A stretch of DNA of 64,000 bases from Octopus sinensis (GCF_006345805.1 NC_043002.1:29264001-29328000), one strand, 5' to 3'; positions 43,104 to 56,497 are shown, counted from the first letter of the stretch. Notes: generated from the letters alone by a model not told the origin. Numbers and translations: made by a program.

Positions 43104-43267
43104 AAAATATTATTGAGACAAAACCACTATTTTGCAAAAACAAACGGGAAGACTTAATCAATACATAAAATTTAATAAATAGTCAAAACTATTTATTAAA
43201 TTTTATGTATTGATTAAGTCTTTCCTTGTTTGTTTGCAAATAGTGGTTTGTCTCAAAATAATATTTA
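43104..43267. repeat. Fold-back palindrome, about 79-bp arms with 6-bp spacer
   Basis: ...AAATTTAATAAATAG tcaaaa CTATTTATTAAATTT...; arms 43104-43182 and 43189-43267. Confidence 0.85.
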
Positions 43268-43571
43268 TATATATATATAGATATATATATATATATAATA
43301 ATAAAAATGGTAAATAATTTTCCTGTAGTTTATCATGTAACAACAATTATTTACCGGTAAATTTCGGTATGTAAATACGACAAATTAATTGTCAGGACCT
43401 TTGTATGGTTCAGTATATAGTAAAGAAAATAGAAGGTTAACAGCAGGCTGTTTCACCTCATACCGAAGGCTAACCAATATATATATATATATATCTATAT
43501 ATGTAGGTCCCGGGTTGAGTCGGGGTTAACCACAGTAAATAGGGTACTCAATACATAGCAGAGTAAATTAA

Positions 43572-43698
43572 TTATTTTATAGAAGGAGCTTCTACAGGAC
43601 TAGAACTGCTTCATTCAAAAGAAATCATCAGGAAGGCTTCCTGATGATTTCTTTGAATGAAACAGTTCTAGTCCTGTAGAAGCTCCTTCTATAAAATA

Positions 43699-43700
<2 letters not shown>
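43572..43700. repeat. Fold-back palindrome carrying family 2 hammerheads on both strands
   Basis: Centre CAGGAAG-G-CTTCCTG at about 43636; arms about 63 bp; homologous to 10626-10685. Confidence 0.9.
43636..43683 (+). ncRNA. Type I hammerhead ribozyme, family 2
   Basis: GCTTC CTGATGA TTTCTTTGAAT GAAA CAG TTCTAGTC CTGT A GAAGC; site after 43678. The minus-strand mirror has GAAG instead of GAAA. Confidence 0.75.
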
Positions 43701-43731
<31 letters not shown>

Positions 43732-43789
43732 GTGGTGTGTGTGTGTGTGTGTGTGTGGGTGTGGTGTGTGGTGGTGTGTCTATATAATA

Positions 43790-43995
43790 AACATGTGACA
43801 ATTATTCGGTTGCCATAACAAAACTTCGAGTTTCGGATGTCGGAGCGGAAACCTACATAGTAATTTCCCTTTGTTTAACAGTCATTTTCATAGCATATTT
43901 TGATTGACTCGATAACTGAAAAGATACCGGAGCAGGTTTCCGCCCCGGCATCCGAAACTCGGAACTTAATTATGGCAGCGGAATAATTGGTACAC
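43790..43995. repeat. About 65-bp inverted repeat with about 85-bp spacer and degenerate hammerhead-like motif
   Basis: AATTATTCGGTTGCCATAA...GAGTTTCGGATGTCGGAGCGGAAACCT versus AGGTTTCCGCCCCGGCATCCGAAACTC...TTATGGCAGCGGAATAATT. Confidence 0.7.
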
Positions 43996-44070
43996 ATTAT
44001 ATTACAGATAAATTCTTCTATTCACATACTGTCGAGATCTCTTTCATTCTTTGATGTCTTACCATTACTA

Positions 44071-44115
<45 letters not shown>

Positions 44116-44528
44116 ATCCCTAGACACATGCAACCATCTGTGTGTATAAAAGTATGTAATGTATATAATGCCTGTAGTATATCAGTTACAAATGAGTGCG
44201 AGCGTGTGTGTGTTTTTTCTGCAATTGTTTTGCATCTTGATCACCATCACTTCCTAAATAATTTATCTGGCATAGAGACGGACTATGATAGTTTCTTTTA
44301 TATGGTAAAATATCATTAACCGCAGTAATGAGACAACATCTTCAAAATTTCATTTCCATTGAAATCCGCTTTAACAATAATATTGTGGAATATTTCCTTA
44401 ATTTTATACATGTCTTACATAAGTGTATAATTAGCATCATTATATTTTAATAATAATACAAACTATAGATTTTTCTGCGTCTTTTCTCCCTTTTTCTTTC
44501 TCTCTCTCACACACACTCTCTCTTTTTT

Positions 44529-44595
<67 letters not shown>

Positions 44596-44747
44596 TCTCC
44601 CTCTCTTTATCTCTCTCTCTCTTTGATTGTATGTGTATGTGTTTGCATGCATGTATCTGTCTATTTCTCTTATATTTATATGTATGAATGTGTGTGTGTG
44701 TATGTGTGCGTATGAGCGAGGAGTGTGCGTACGTACTAATAGATATG

Positions 44748-44784
<37 letters not shown>

Positions 44785-45086
44785 GCATAGATATACGTAC
44801 ACACATGCACGCACAAATATATATATGTATATATCTATATAACTATATATATATATATAATGTATATATATATGTATATATATATATGTATATATATATA
44901 TATGTATATAGCTACATACACGCGCACACACAGATATATATACATACATATGTCTGTGTGTATGTGCGTGTATGTGTGTGCGTGAGTGTAGAATGGATAA
45001 ACGTCATTTTTCTGAAAGTATTCATTTATGTATATATGGTACTATACATCTATATACATATATGTGCGCGCGTCTGTGTGTGTTTA

Positions 45087-45126
<40 letters not shown>

Positions 45127-46421
45127 TGCTTGTGTGTGTGTGCTTCATTCTTAGTCAATCAGAATTTCAAACGTAATCGTTAATCTCTGGTGTAACTGAA
45201 TGCACATCTGTAGACACACAGTCTCCTAATATCAATCACATATACAAAATCATGCATACACCACAGACACACAGATATAATATATACCCATATGCACAAA
45301 TGAATGTATACAGTACACTCACTATCAGAGACAATAAAAATAATAAAAAGGCAAACGCAATTCAAAGCAATCAGAGACTTGCAAAATTATTTCTCTGCAA
45401 AATTTATATTTCTAAGTGTCCCAGGGGTAAAAAAGCGTCTTGGCCAAGATAAACAATATGGTAATTAAAGTGGCTAAATCTTTGACTGACAAACATTTAC
45501 TGAAGATGGAATCTACATAAAAGTGATTAATTAAATACTATTTCCATTGTTTATTTATAATTTCATTTATCTAAATATATAGATTTCTTAGACCTTTAGT
45601 TATTGTTGTCCAAATATCTACGTGAATCTTCGCATTGATCTGTTTGTTTATAATTATAATTTTTGTATACTTAATTCCATTTATGTGATTTCTTGTCGAT
45701 GTTGTCATTGTTGGTATTGTCGTTCTTTTCTTTTCTGTTATTGTAATCTAGGAGACGTTTGTTACGTGTGTCGTAGTGCAACAAATAACTTCTATATAGT
45801 GGAATTAGTTCGAATGCCGTAGAATTTTAAAGAATTTCACTGTATTTATTTTCCTCCTTACAGTTCAAGAGAAACGAGGAAACTCAGGATAGAGATCATA
45901 CCTAGTAACAATAACGGAACTCTACCCTCAAGATAAGCTCTCCCTTCTTAAAAGAACAGTAATAGGCGCATGATGAATAATCTAGTCCCAGGTATGATAT
46001 AATATGCTCAGTCTGAAACAAAACGGTATGACTCTCTATGGTAAAGCTATGACAATATGAATATTCGATAATGGTTGATATGTGGGTGTGAAGCAACTTC
46101 TAACGTGTGAGATGCTGATTCTAATTGGATTATTGGAGGTAAAATTTACATCTGAGTCGTGCATTTGTATAGCCTTTAGAAAGTTATGAGGTATCTAGCT
46201 AAATCATTCTCTATATTACCTTCAAGTCCCACAGAAGTTAACTTTCGCTTGTTGTCCTCCATGGACATGGACTAACGTTCAACACTTATCAAGCCTGCTG
46301 CATGCAACATCAGTGTTCGTCTCCATGTTCCTTCCGATAGGCTTGATAATTTGGAGGTATTTCTTAAAATGAAACCAATGTTATCCTTTATGTACAAAAA
46401 CGTATATATCTGTATCTATAT

Positions 46422-46458
<37 letters not shown>

Positions 46459-46464
46459 TTGTGA

Positions 46465-46516
<52 letters not shown>

Positions 46517-47194
46517 CACTCACAAACACACATACACGTACACCCACACAAACTCAGGCAAATATTTGGTAAGGCGATTTAGCCTCTTCCATCTCTTGAT
46601 TTGCCTCTTCTAATTTACTAAATCCACTGTAAGGCTTTTGTAATACTGTCGCATTACAATAGTATAGGCTTACGTATATATAAAACGTATATATAAAAAC
46701 CTCATAGTAACATTATCGACCTCCGGGAAACTGCCCAGTTTACCCAGGCCTTAAGGTGGCACAGTAAATATAAATAAATGTGTGTGTCAATGCATATATG
46801 CTGTCTGAGGGAGCCACTATATAGCCTCTTGTCCTTCCATAAATAACAACCAAATCTTTTCTCCATCACAATTCAATGCTTTAAAAGGAGTGGAAGGATA
46901 CATTATATGTGCGCCCAAATTGTCTTCCTATAATGAATTTTTGTCATAGGTCTGGTCAGTGAGGACTGATCTGGGGCTAAGCAACTTCTTAAATAACCAT
47001 GAGTTCCAGTTCTCAGACTCAATTTCAAAGTTCCATATACATATTTCCATTGCTGAAATCATTGTATTAGTCCGTGAGGTTGTAAATATTTATACTTAAG
47101 TTGGTATCTGTAAAATGACTGTCATATTTTGATGTCACTGCTTGAGACAAATATGGATTTAACAACAAACGGATAATGTGAATTTTTTTGATAT

Positions 47195-47370
47195 AGGCGC
47201 AGGCGTGGCTATGTGGAAAGAAGATTGCTTCCTAACCACATGGTTTCGGGTTCAGTTCCACTGCATAGCATCTTCGGGAAGTGTCTTCTCCTATAGCCTT
47301 GGACCGATCTAATCCTTGTGAGTGGATTTAGTAGACAGAAGATGAAATGTATGTGTGTATATGTCAGTGA
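47195..47370 (+). mobile_element. Family B SINE 5' half
   Basis: AGGCGCAGGCGTGGCTATGTGG...GGGTTCAGTTCCACTGC...GTGAGTGGATTTAGTAGAC. Confidence 0.8.
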
Positions 47371-48598
47371 TTGTGTGTGTCGATAAGAGTATAGATGTTC
47401 TTATCGACACACTATACATTTACAACGGCTGCTAAGAACATCTGCATTTCCACTGTTGTAAGAGGCAAGAGGCAGTTTTATTTGAGGACAGAAAGACAAA
47501 GTGACCTGTTTCTATTGATGTATTCATAGATTTAATTATTTTCAGTTGTTCGTTTATTACATACGTAAGTGGTGCTCGTTCAAGTTGTTCACTTTCAGTG
47601 ATACTTTCCTAGGACATGTTTTTATTGGTTAAAACATAAATTTTTTCTTCAGTAAAATAAGTTTTAAACAATTTGGTTATCTATCATTTGCAATAGGTAA
47701 CCATCGATCTCATGTTATCATCTCATTACAAAAGCTAATATGTGCACTATTTGAATTATGATATTGTCATCAGTCACTGCACACTCAATAAAGTATTAGG
47801 AAAACACTTGAATAAAGAAATAACTGATTTTGGTCAGCATGACAGGCAGTTTAGGGGATACCCAGTCGTGCACTACCGGGAAACATGGATATCGTGCTTT
47901 ACAGGATCAAAATATATTTAAATTACTATATATCCAGATGAAGCAAAAATGCTTGGTTAAAGAATTTACTACAGAAATGTCGACTGTTAAAGGTGCTATA
48001 TGCTATCAAAGATCATTTATTGGTTACCTAGGGAAAAACTCACATACGGACATGCGTTCACACTATTATGCAAATAATTATATTCAACTCATTTCCTGCC
48101 GATGTTTCTCAAATTATAAATTTTATTTTTTACTCTGCTTAAAGGATCCATTTATGATTCTTCAATATTCCCATAATTCTACTTCTATCTTTACTGTTAT
48201 CATATTTTCCTGTTTTATAGGAGTGGCGTATTGTCGCAGAAAAAGATTTCACAGTATTTTACCATTTCCTGCTATTGATATAGTCGCTCGTTACACCTTC
48301 ACACTTCGAAATTCAATTTTATACTGATTCTCTGTTGTCGCTGTTCCTCGTTTGCGTTAACGTATTTGTTCTTTTTTTTTCTGGATTATTTAGCTGATTT
48401 AATTGCCGTGAGAGACATGATTTCGTCACTGAACCAAATAGTCTCACCTGGATTCCATTTAACTTGTTTAAATTAAAATAATTATTTGTATACATTTGCT
48501 TCTATTTTATTGTAATTATTATTCTCATTAAATCGTTTCTAATTTTCCATCATTATCTCAATTTTATTCCATTAGTTTCATAATTATATTTCTAATAC

Positions 48599-48635
<37 letters not shown>

Positions 48636-48787
48636 ACATACACACACACACAAACACACAAATACACACACATATGCACACACAGAGGTACGCACACAAA
48701 CACGCACGCATATCTCAGAAATATCCCACTAAAGCACAAATTCATTATGATTTGCATTTTATTTCCTTTTAATTATTACTATTGTTT

Positions 48788-48883
<96 letters not shown>

Positions 48884-49247
48884 GTTGTTGTTGTTGTTGT
48901 TACTATTATCATTATTATTTGTGCTATGTTCTTCATCGTTCAATTCATTCGTCTGGTTATATGATTTTTATCGATACATGCATACATTTAATTATTACTT
49001 TCACTTATTTGTTATCTATATTCATCTAATTATTATACAAATAATTATATTTAATTGATTTCCTGCTGATTTCTTTTCACCAATTATTATAATTATTAAT
49101 TAATTTGTAGTCTATTTATTCTTTGTTATTCTCATAATTCTACATTGTCCTTTATTTTTATTCCCTCTTCGTTTATTGTGATAATTTATCTATTTATTTT
49201 ATCTTTGCCTAACACGTTATGCATACATTTATGCACACACAAATACA

Positions 49248-49283
<36 letters not shown>

Positions 49284-49815
49284 TCTGTGTATGTGTGTGT
49301 TTGAATATTCATAAATATATATATATATATATATATACACATACACACATATATATATATATACATATATATATGTGTGTGTGTGTAAACATATACATAA
49401 ATATATATATGCACATAGACGCATATACGCATTTATGTATATCGACATTTACGTTATTTATAAATTTATATCTTTGCTATCTCCAATATTTGTGTACTTA
49501 TCATTGTCAATATTTCACTTTTTGATGTCAAATCCTATATTTATTTGTATTATCTTATCAATTTATCGTATTTCTTATAGCGTTTCCCTTTTAACAATTT
49601 TCTCTATCTCTTCATTTATGACGCTAATAACATATCCATAAATTATTTTAATATTCCATTCACAGTATTAAAATTTATATTTCCTCTGCACAAAAATTTA
49701 TTGCCTAAATTATTATTTATTATATCCTTTTATAGCTGTGTATAGCTGCTTATATTTGTGCCTATCCTCATATACACATGTTTGTGTATGTGTAATTATA
49801 TATATAATATATATA

Positions 49816-49849
<34 letters not shown>

Positions 49850-50704
49850 TATCGTTTAATTTTTCTATATTGCATTTTATAGTTAAGTCTTGCCTTTTTG
49901 AAAGTATTTTTGATATATTTTCGTCTGTGACAACAACAACGTCTGTACTTAGGACCAGCTTGTAGAAAAGTCAGATTTGCAGCAATTATTACAAAATTTC
50001 CTTCTTGCACAGTGACTTATGTGATATCACTTATCACAAATCGACGCATAATTCTAGCAGAGTAATTAAAAGAAAGACGGCAAATGAATTTTAGAGACCG
50101 AAGTATATATGTGTACACGTTACTAAAACAATGATTTAGCAATCGTTTTATGTAGTACACAATAAATCATATAGGACATTGAATAAATTCTCTTAAAAAT
50201 TTGATCGAGAAAATGCATGAGCGAATGAGAGGAAGAAAGCGAAATGGAAGGGCAATGCTCCGTAGATTAAAATTCAGTACTCAACTGCATGTGCATGTTT
50301 AGACTAGATCAGATTTTTTTTAAAGAACTCTGGCGGTTGACCATGTATGCAAGCCTCTCTTCTCTACACTAGTAATAATATCCAAGGGAATGGATTCCGA
50401 ATTACACTTCACCACAAGGGCCGCCGGAAGCGTTCCTGTAGGAATAGAAAGAGTTGGAGTAAATATCGCAAAGCCCCTTGGCTACCCTTTCAACAGTGCT
50501 GCTACAGAAGCTTTCTGTGTTGTTACTGTTTTATCGGTGATGAAATGCAGAGTTGAGCTCTGTGGGATTTGAACACCGAGCGCAGAGCGTCAGAACAAAT
50601 GATGCGTGGGGTTCATTCCAGCGCTCTAATGACTCTGCCAAATTCTCTTCTTGAACAGACAAACAAAATTTTTTAAATTATAAAATCGAACCATATCTTT
50701 TGTT

Positions 50705-50964
50705 TAGTTTGTTTCAGTCATTTAGCTGCGGTCATTCTGGAGCACAGCCTTAAAGTATCTTTAGTCGAGCGAAATGACTCCAGTGCCCATTTTCTAAAGC
50801 TTGGTACTTATTCTATCGGCCTAATTTGAACAACCGCTACGTTACTGGGACATAAACACAGCAACACCCGTTAAGCGGAGTCTGGACAAACACAAACACA
50901 TACACACGCACACACACATACACACACACCACACACACACAGACATACACACACAGACATACAC

Positions 50965-51005
<41 letters not shown>

Positions 51006-51165
51006 GGACGGGTTTCTTTCAGTTTCCTTGTTCCAATTCATTCAGAAGTCATTGGTCGGCCCGGGACCATAGTAGAAGACACTCGCCAGTGGTACCACGC
51101 AGTGGACTGAACTCAGAACTATGTGTTTGAGAAGCAAGCTTCTTTCCACCCAGCCGCAGCTGCGC
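50705..51165 (-). mobile_element. Family B SINE
   Basis: TTTCAGTCATTTAGCTGCGG...GTACCACGCAGTGGACTGAACTCAGAAC with internal (CA)n. Confidence 0.8.
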
Positions 51166-51585
51166 ATGTGTGTTTTTCTTAATGGTTTTGATAGAAGGCG
51201 AAAAATTATCCTTGATAATTTTGAAGCTTCTAAGAGACTGGTGAGGAGGCTTAGGTGGCCTGAATGCTTGTAATAATCTGCAGCAAACACTTAAGGATTA
51301 GATGGCGATGGATTAAGTCTAGCCATCGCGGAAATAAGTAGGCTATCGCGGAATTCGATTGGCTCTTGTTGGACATCCTAGCTGATGTTCCAATGATTCT
51401 GAAAGTCCACTGCCATTGACAGGTATTTTATTTACCAATTCCGGAATATGAAAGGGAAAAACTGACTTTGAATTCAGTTCGCAAATAAATGGAGCGAATT
51501 GAGCAAGACACTTCTGCTGATGATTTGACAAGCCAATACATTCTTTCAAGCCACAGAAACTAAGTAAAACGTTATTTGATTTATA

Positions 51586-52454
51586 CAGGGTGTTTCAAGA
51601 AATTTGATATCACAGAAAATATATAGTCAAAGCAAATGAAACTGAACAGGCTTAATGTCGGGCAACATAAATTTTTTTCATCCAAATTCGAATGAGAAAT
51701 TCAAAGGTATGTGGATTCTATGAACGAAAAGAAAAACGGGCCATGAAGATGCTTCTTGGAGATGGCGCAGAACACATTCACTTTTGGTGAGTCCCTCCCA
51801 TGCTCAACTGTGGCATGGGGATTTTCTTCGTTCCAAATGCAAATATTATGCTTATTGACTTTGCCATTCGTATGAAATATGGCCTTATCACTGAAAACAA
51901 AGTGTTCTTGAACTCGGATTCTTCAAGTTTCTCTTGTATATCAACACAGAATTGTTTGCGCTTTCGCTTGTAATCTGTTGTTATAGTCTCAACGAGCTGC
52001 AGCTTGTAGCGAGCTTGTTTCAATAGCAAGCGTTTCTTCAGGACGCGCCAAATTGTTGTTAGAGGAATCTGGGTTTCCAGACTTGTTCTTCTTATGGACT
52101 TCTTGAGGCTTCGCAAGAGTCTTTGGCTAACCTGCTCGACCGTCTCTTCCGATGTTAGTGGTCATCCAGATCCTTTTACCCTGTACAGACAGCCTTTCTC
52201 TTTGAATTTTTTGTGCCATATCCAAATCTGCATTGTCGTGGGTGATTTTTTGTGAAATCTCTCAAAAATGCACGCTGCACAGTTTTGTTCGATTGTGTTC
52301 AAGCATACTCCAACACACAAAACGCCTTTTCTCTTCCAGTTAATGCCATTTCTATACCTGAAAAGATAAACATATCAAACCTTAAACATAAAATTTTGTC
52401 CTATTTCTATACAAGCTGTTAAAATTTGAAGTCATTTGAACAAGCACTTGCAAA

Positions 52455-52456
<2 letters not shown>
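51586..52456 (-). mobile_element. Internally deleted Tc1/mariner-superfamily element (DUF4817-like HTH transposase remnant)
   Basis: TA+CAGGGTGTTTCAAGAAATTTGATATCA TIR; minus strand MALTGREKAFCVLEY...WHKKFKEKGCL...KKSIRRTSLETQIPLTTIWRVLKKRL...FS-DKAIFHTNGKVNKHN...SPKVNVFCAIS. Confidence 0.85.
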
Positions 52457-52489
<33 letters not shown>

Positions 52490-52513
52490 GATCATCATCA
52501 TCATCACCACCAC

Positions 52514-52544
<31 letters not shown>

Positions 52545-52591
52545 TTCATCATCATCATCATCATCATCATCACCATCACCATTATTATTAG

Positions 52592-52800
52592 TATTGAGCG
52601 AGAGAGCAGTTCATGCCATCAAAGTGACACTGGGGTAAAATATATGAAGCCCAACATACCCATCATGACTACCCGTCTGATAAGGGTATACCAGGCACAT
52701 GCATCACAACCATATGTGCGCGACATGGTGATCTCATATCAAGATAAACAGCACATGACCTTGCAGGTGGGGCCCAGTTAGAATTTTCTTCAGGTTGAGT
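52592..52800 (-). repeat. Partial copy of the 40737-41293 repeat
   Basis: Reverse-complement identity to 41090-41293; flanked by (ATT)n. Confidence 0.75.
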
Positions 52801-52816
52801 TATTATTATTATTATT

Positions 52817-54697
52817 CAGTAGCTTTATTTTTATAGCGTGTTTTCACTTCACTACCGAGCACAGCTCTGTGTGCCTTGGGTATGTGCTGTGATTTGTTGT
52901 GATGCTCTGATGGTTATTGCATGGAAAGTGTTCTGCGTAGGATGTGTGCAGTGCCTAGTAGTGCAATTTTCTGGATGTTATATGTGTTTGTAAGTCCTGG
53001 TGTTTTTGTTATGTATTTGTTTGAATATTTTTTTATCATGCCTAATGCACCTACTATGATAGGAATTGTTTCTGTTTTCAGATTCCACATTCTAGTTACC
53101 TCTATTTCCAGGTCTTATATTTTGAGAGTTTCTCCATTTCTTTTAGAGACACGTTGTCATCAGCCGGTATTGATACATCAATTAGAAAGAATTTTTTTTC
53201 TTCATGATCTCTGACAACTATATCTGGTCTCTTGGCCTTAATTTCTCTATCTGTGTGTATCGGCATATCCCAGAGTATGGTTGCTTTCTCGTTTTCTGTG
53301 ACCTTTTCTGGTGTGTGCCTATACCATCTTTTTTCTGTTGTTATTCCATAATGTTGGCATAGCTTCCAATGTATGTAGGTTCCAACTCTGTCATGTCTGT
53401 GAATATATTCCTTCTTAGCCAGGACTGGGCAGCTAGAGATATATGATTTATTGTTTCTTGTCCATCTCCACATATTCTGCAGTTACTTGTAATATTTCTT
53501 TTCATTACATGTTTTTGGTAATTTCTGGTGGGGAGGCTTTGGTCTTGTGCTGCAATTAAAAATCCCTCTGTTTCTGCTTTGAGTCCTGAGCTTCTCAACC
53601 ATTGCTGGGATTTTTCTTTGTCTATTTCTTTTGCGTTTAGTTTAGTCCAGCATTTACCATGAAGGGGCTTTTCTTGCCATCGTTTTATCATGGTTCGTTG
53701 CTGTTCTAGTTTTAGTTTGAATTTCATTTGTTTTATAGCTTTTGTTGTTTCTTCATCTTCTTCTTCTTCTTCATGTTTATTAGGTGGTATGATTTCTTGT
53801 TTGTATTTGTCAGCTTCCTTAAATACTGAGAACAGTTTTTTGTTTTGCTCGTGTTTTGCCGCTATCTGGATCAGTTTTCCTTCCTTCTGAAGTAGATATT
53901 TTTGCAGTCCTATGGTGGTTATTTTATAGTAGTTTTCCAGCTGTATAAGGCCTCTACCACCTTCTATACGTTGTATATATAGTCTTTCTATGTCATATTT
54001 TGGTTGATGCATCCTAGATCCTGTCATTATTTTTCTTGTTTTCCTATCTATTTTGGTCAGTTCATTTCGTGTCCAGTTAAGGATATTGTAGCTGTAACTT
54101 ATAACTGGGACAGCTAAAGTGTTGATACCTATTATCTTGTTTTTAGCATTGAGGTCTGTTTTTAGTATTGATCTAACTCGTCTATAATATTCTTTTTTTA
54201 TTTTCTCTTTCATTTGTGTGTGTTGTGTCTTATCTAGTTCATGGATTCCTAAGTATTTGTAAGTTTGGCTTTGGTCTAATTCTTTTATTTCATTGGTTTT
54301 ATCTAGTGTGATGTTGTTACTCTTAACTAGTTTTCCTCTTTTCATGGTTACTTTGGCGCATTTTTCTAATCCAAATTTCATATCTATTTCTTTGGTAAAT
54401 CCATGAACTGTCTTTAATAGTGTTTCCAGCTGTTTGTCATTTGCAGCGTATAGTTTTAGGTCATCCATATATAAAAGGTGGCTGATCGTTTTACCGTAAC
54501 ATTTATATCCGCATCCAGTTCTATTTAGCATATCAGATAGAGGTGACAGTGCCAAGCAGAAAAGGAGTGGAGAGAGCGTGTCTCCCTGGAATATTCCTCT
54601 TCTAATGGGGATGTCTTTGGTTTTCATGAGTCCCTCTTTTGTTTGGAGGTGTAAGACTGTTTGCCATTTATTCATAGAGTGCTCTATGAATTTTGTG

Positions 54698-54698
<1 letters not shown>
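52817..54698 (-). mobile_element. 5'-truncated RLE LINE (R4/Dong-like), subfamily A, copy 1
   Basis: RT motifs RRGIFQGDTLSPLLF and HLLYMDDLKLY; zinc knuckle CRICGDGQETINH; RHDRV; endonuclease RPDIVV...LIDVSIP; stop at about 52914; (AAT)n tail; frameshifts near 53400 and 53120. Confidence 0.95.
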
Positions 54699-54747
<49 letters not shown>

Positions 54748-55890
54748 GTTTTTTCGTTCTTTCTTCAAATTTTCTTCCGTTCCTCGCCGAGTGTTTTCCA
54801 TACAGCTAGGGCAGAGAAGCTCAATTTATGTATTCCCAGATTACACACGCAAATTCACAGATAAAATATCTATTTAAAAATTAATAAATAAGTAAATTCA
54901 TGGATCGATGCTGTTTTCACAGCGATAATGCTCTTCTCAGTACATGAGCCGTTCCAGTTAATATGATTGTTTGCACTTCCTGTTGGGATGGTAAGCCTGG
55001 AATCATTTTCAAATAGGTTTCAGTACCTTTTTTTATCATTCCTGGAGATCCTACAATCACTGGTACTGTAGTCGCCTTGAGATGCCACATTTTTTCAATT
55101 TCTATTAGCAGGTCTTTATATTTACTAATCTTGTCAAATTCTTTCGCGGCTATATTGTGATCGCAAGGGATACTCAATCCAATTAATAAACTCATCTTTT
55201 TTGTCTGATCTTTTATAATAATATCCGGTTTATTAGCTTTTATAGTCTTGTCGGTCTGTACGGGGAAGTCCCATAGAATCGACACATTTTCTCCCTCAGT
55301 CACAGCTTCAGGATGGTGTTTATACCATTTGTCAACGGTTTTGATTTTATAATACCGACATATTGTCCAATGTAAATACTGGCCGACTCTGTCATGTCTT
55401 GCTTTATATTCTGCAGGTGCTAAGACTCTACACCCTGAGATTAGGTGGTCTATTGTTTCAATCTCATCGTTACAGAATCGGCTTTTTGGGTCAGCTCCAT
55501 TTTTTATCACATTGGCTTGGTAGTTCCGGGTTAATAAGCTTTGGTCTTGAGCAGCTAATATGAAACCTTCACTCTCTGCTTTTATCTCTGAGCTTCGTAA
55601 CCATTATTGAGTGTGTTTCTGGTCGACATCAGCTTGTTTGCTACAGGCCACATACTTGCCATGGAAAGGTTTCTGTTCCCATCTAAATTTTCATGCGCTT
55701 TTGTCTTTGCCATTAATTTTATTTTCTTTGCAGCTGCAGTTGGCGCATCTCCTTCAGCCTGATCAATCTGATGGATATCTAAGAGATCAGCAGCGAACTT
55801 TTTGCTCTCTTTGAGAATAGAGTGAAGTCTTTTCAGTCTTTCACGTTTTTCAACGAGTTTTAGCATCCAATCGTTGGTTGCTTCAAGGTA

Positions 55891-55892
<2 letters not shown>
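54748..55892 (-). mobile_element. RLE LINE subfamily B, 3' fragment with 3' UTR, copy 1
   Basis: ORF 54917-55510: ETIDHLISGC, RHDRVGQYLHW, ANKPDIII, GTAHVLRRALSL; (AAT)n on both sides. Confidence 0.9.
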
Positions 55893-55947
<55 letters not shown>

Positions 55948-55967
55948 CATTATTGTTATTATCATTA

Positions 55968-56011
<44 letters not shown>

Positions 56012-56046
56012 TATTATTATTATTATTATTATTAATAATAATAATG

Positions 56047-56079
<33 letters not shown>

Positions 56080-56084
56080 TTCAG

Positions 56085-56158
56085 GTCACTGCCTAGAATC
56101 GAACTCGGAATCTTGCGGTTAATAGCCCGTGCTCTTAACCACTACGCCATATACCCGT
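56085..56158 (-). mobile_element. tRNA-like SINE head
   Basis: Minus strand TATGGCGTAGTGGTTAAGAGC...GAGTTCGATTCTAGG: Pol III A and B boxes, abutting the microsatellite. Confidence 0.7.
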
Positions 56159-56159
56159 A

Positions 56160-56199
56160 TTAGATTGCAAAATGACATCAAATTTTTTGAAACACCCTG
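56160..56199 (-). mobile_element. Displaced second TIR of the 51586 element
   Basis: TGACATCAAATTTTTTGAAACACCCTG+TA is the reverse complement of the left TIR with 2 mismatches in 27 bp. Confidence 0.8.
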
Positions 56200-56453
56200 T
56201 ATTATCATGGAATTATGGGTACAGAAGTTATGGGTGCAGAAAGTCATAAAGGGCCGCATGGAGCTCGAGTATCGCCTTCCGTTTTCCATCCAAAAGTTCG
56301 GTTTAGTTCTTCCTCCACAGAACCAGAATTTCTCGCTGGAATTCCATCCTCCAGCGCATGTCTTCCGTGCAATTATCGACTTGCAACTGTATTAGTGGGA
56401 GGTTGAGGACAAGAGTCTCACAGATAAATTGTAAAAAGTGAAGATGGGTACTT

Positions 56454-56497
<44 letters not shown>

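Noticed and set aside
47830-48327. 165-aa ORF and a possible EWRIVAEKDFT micro-exon
   Set aside because: Composition is non-coding-like and the donor site is weak.
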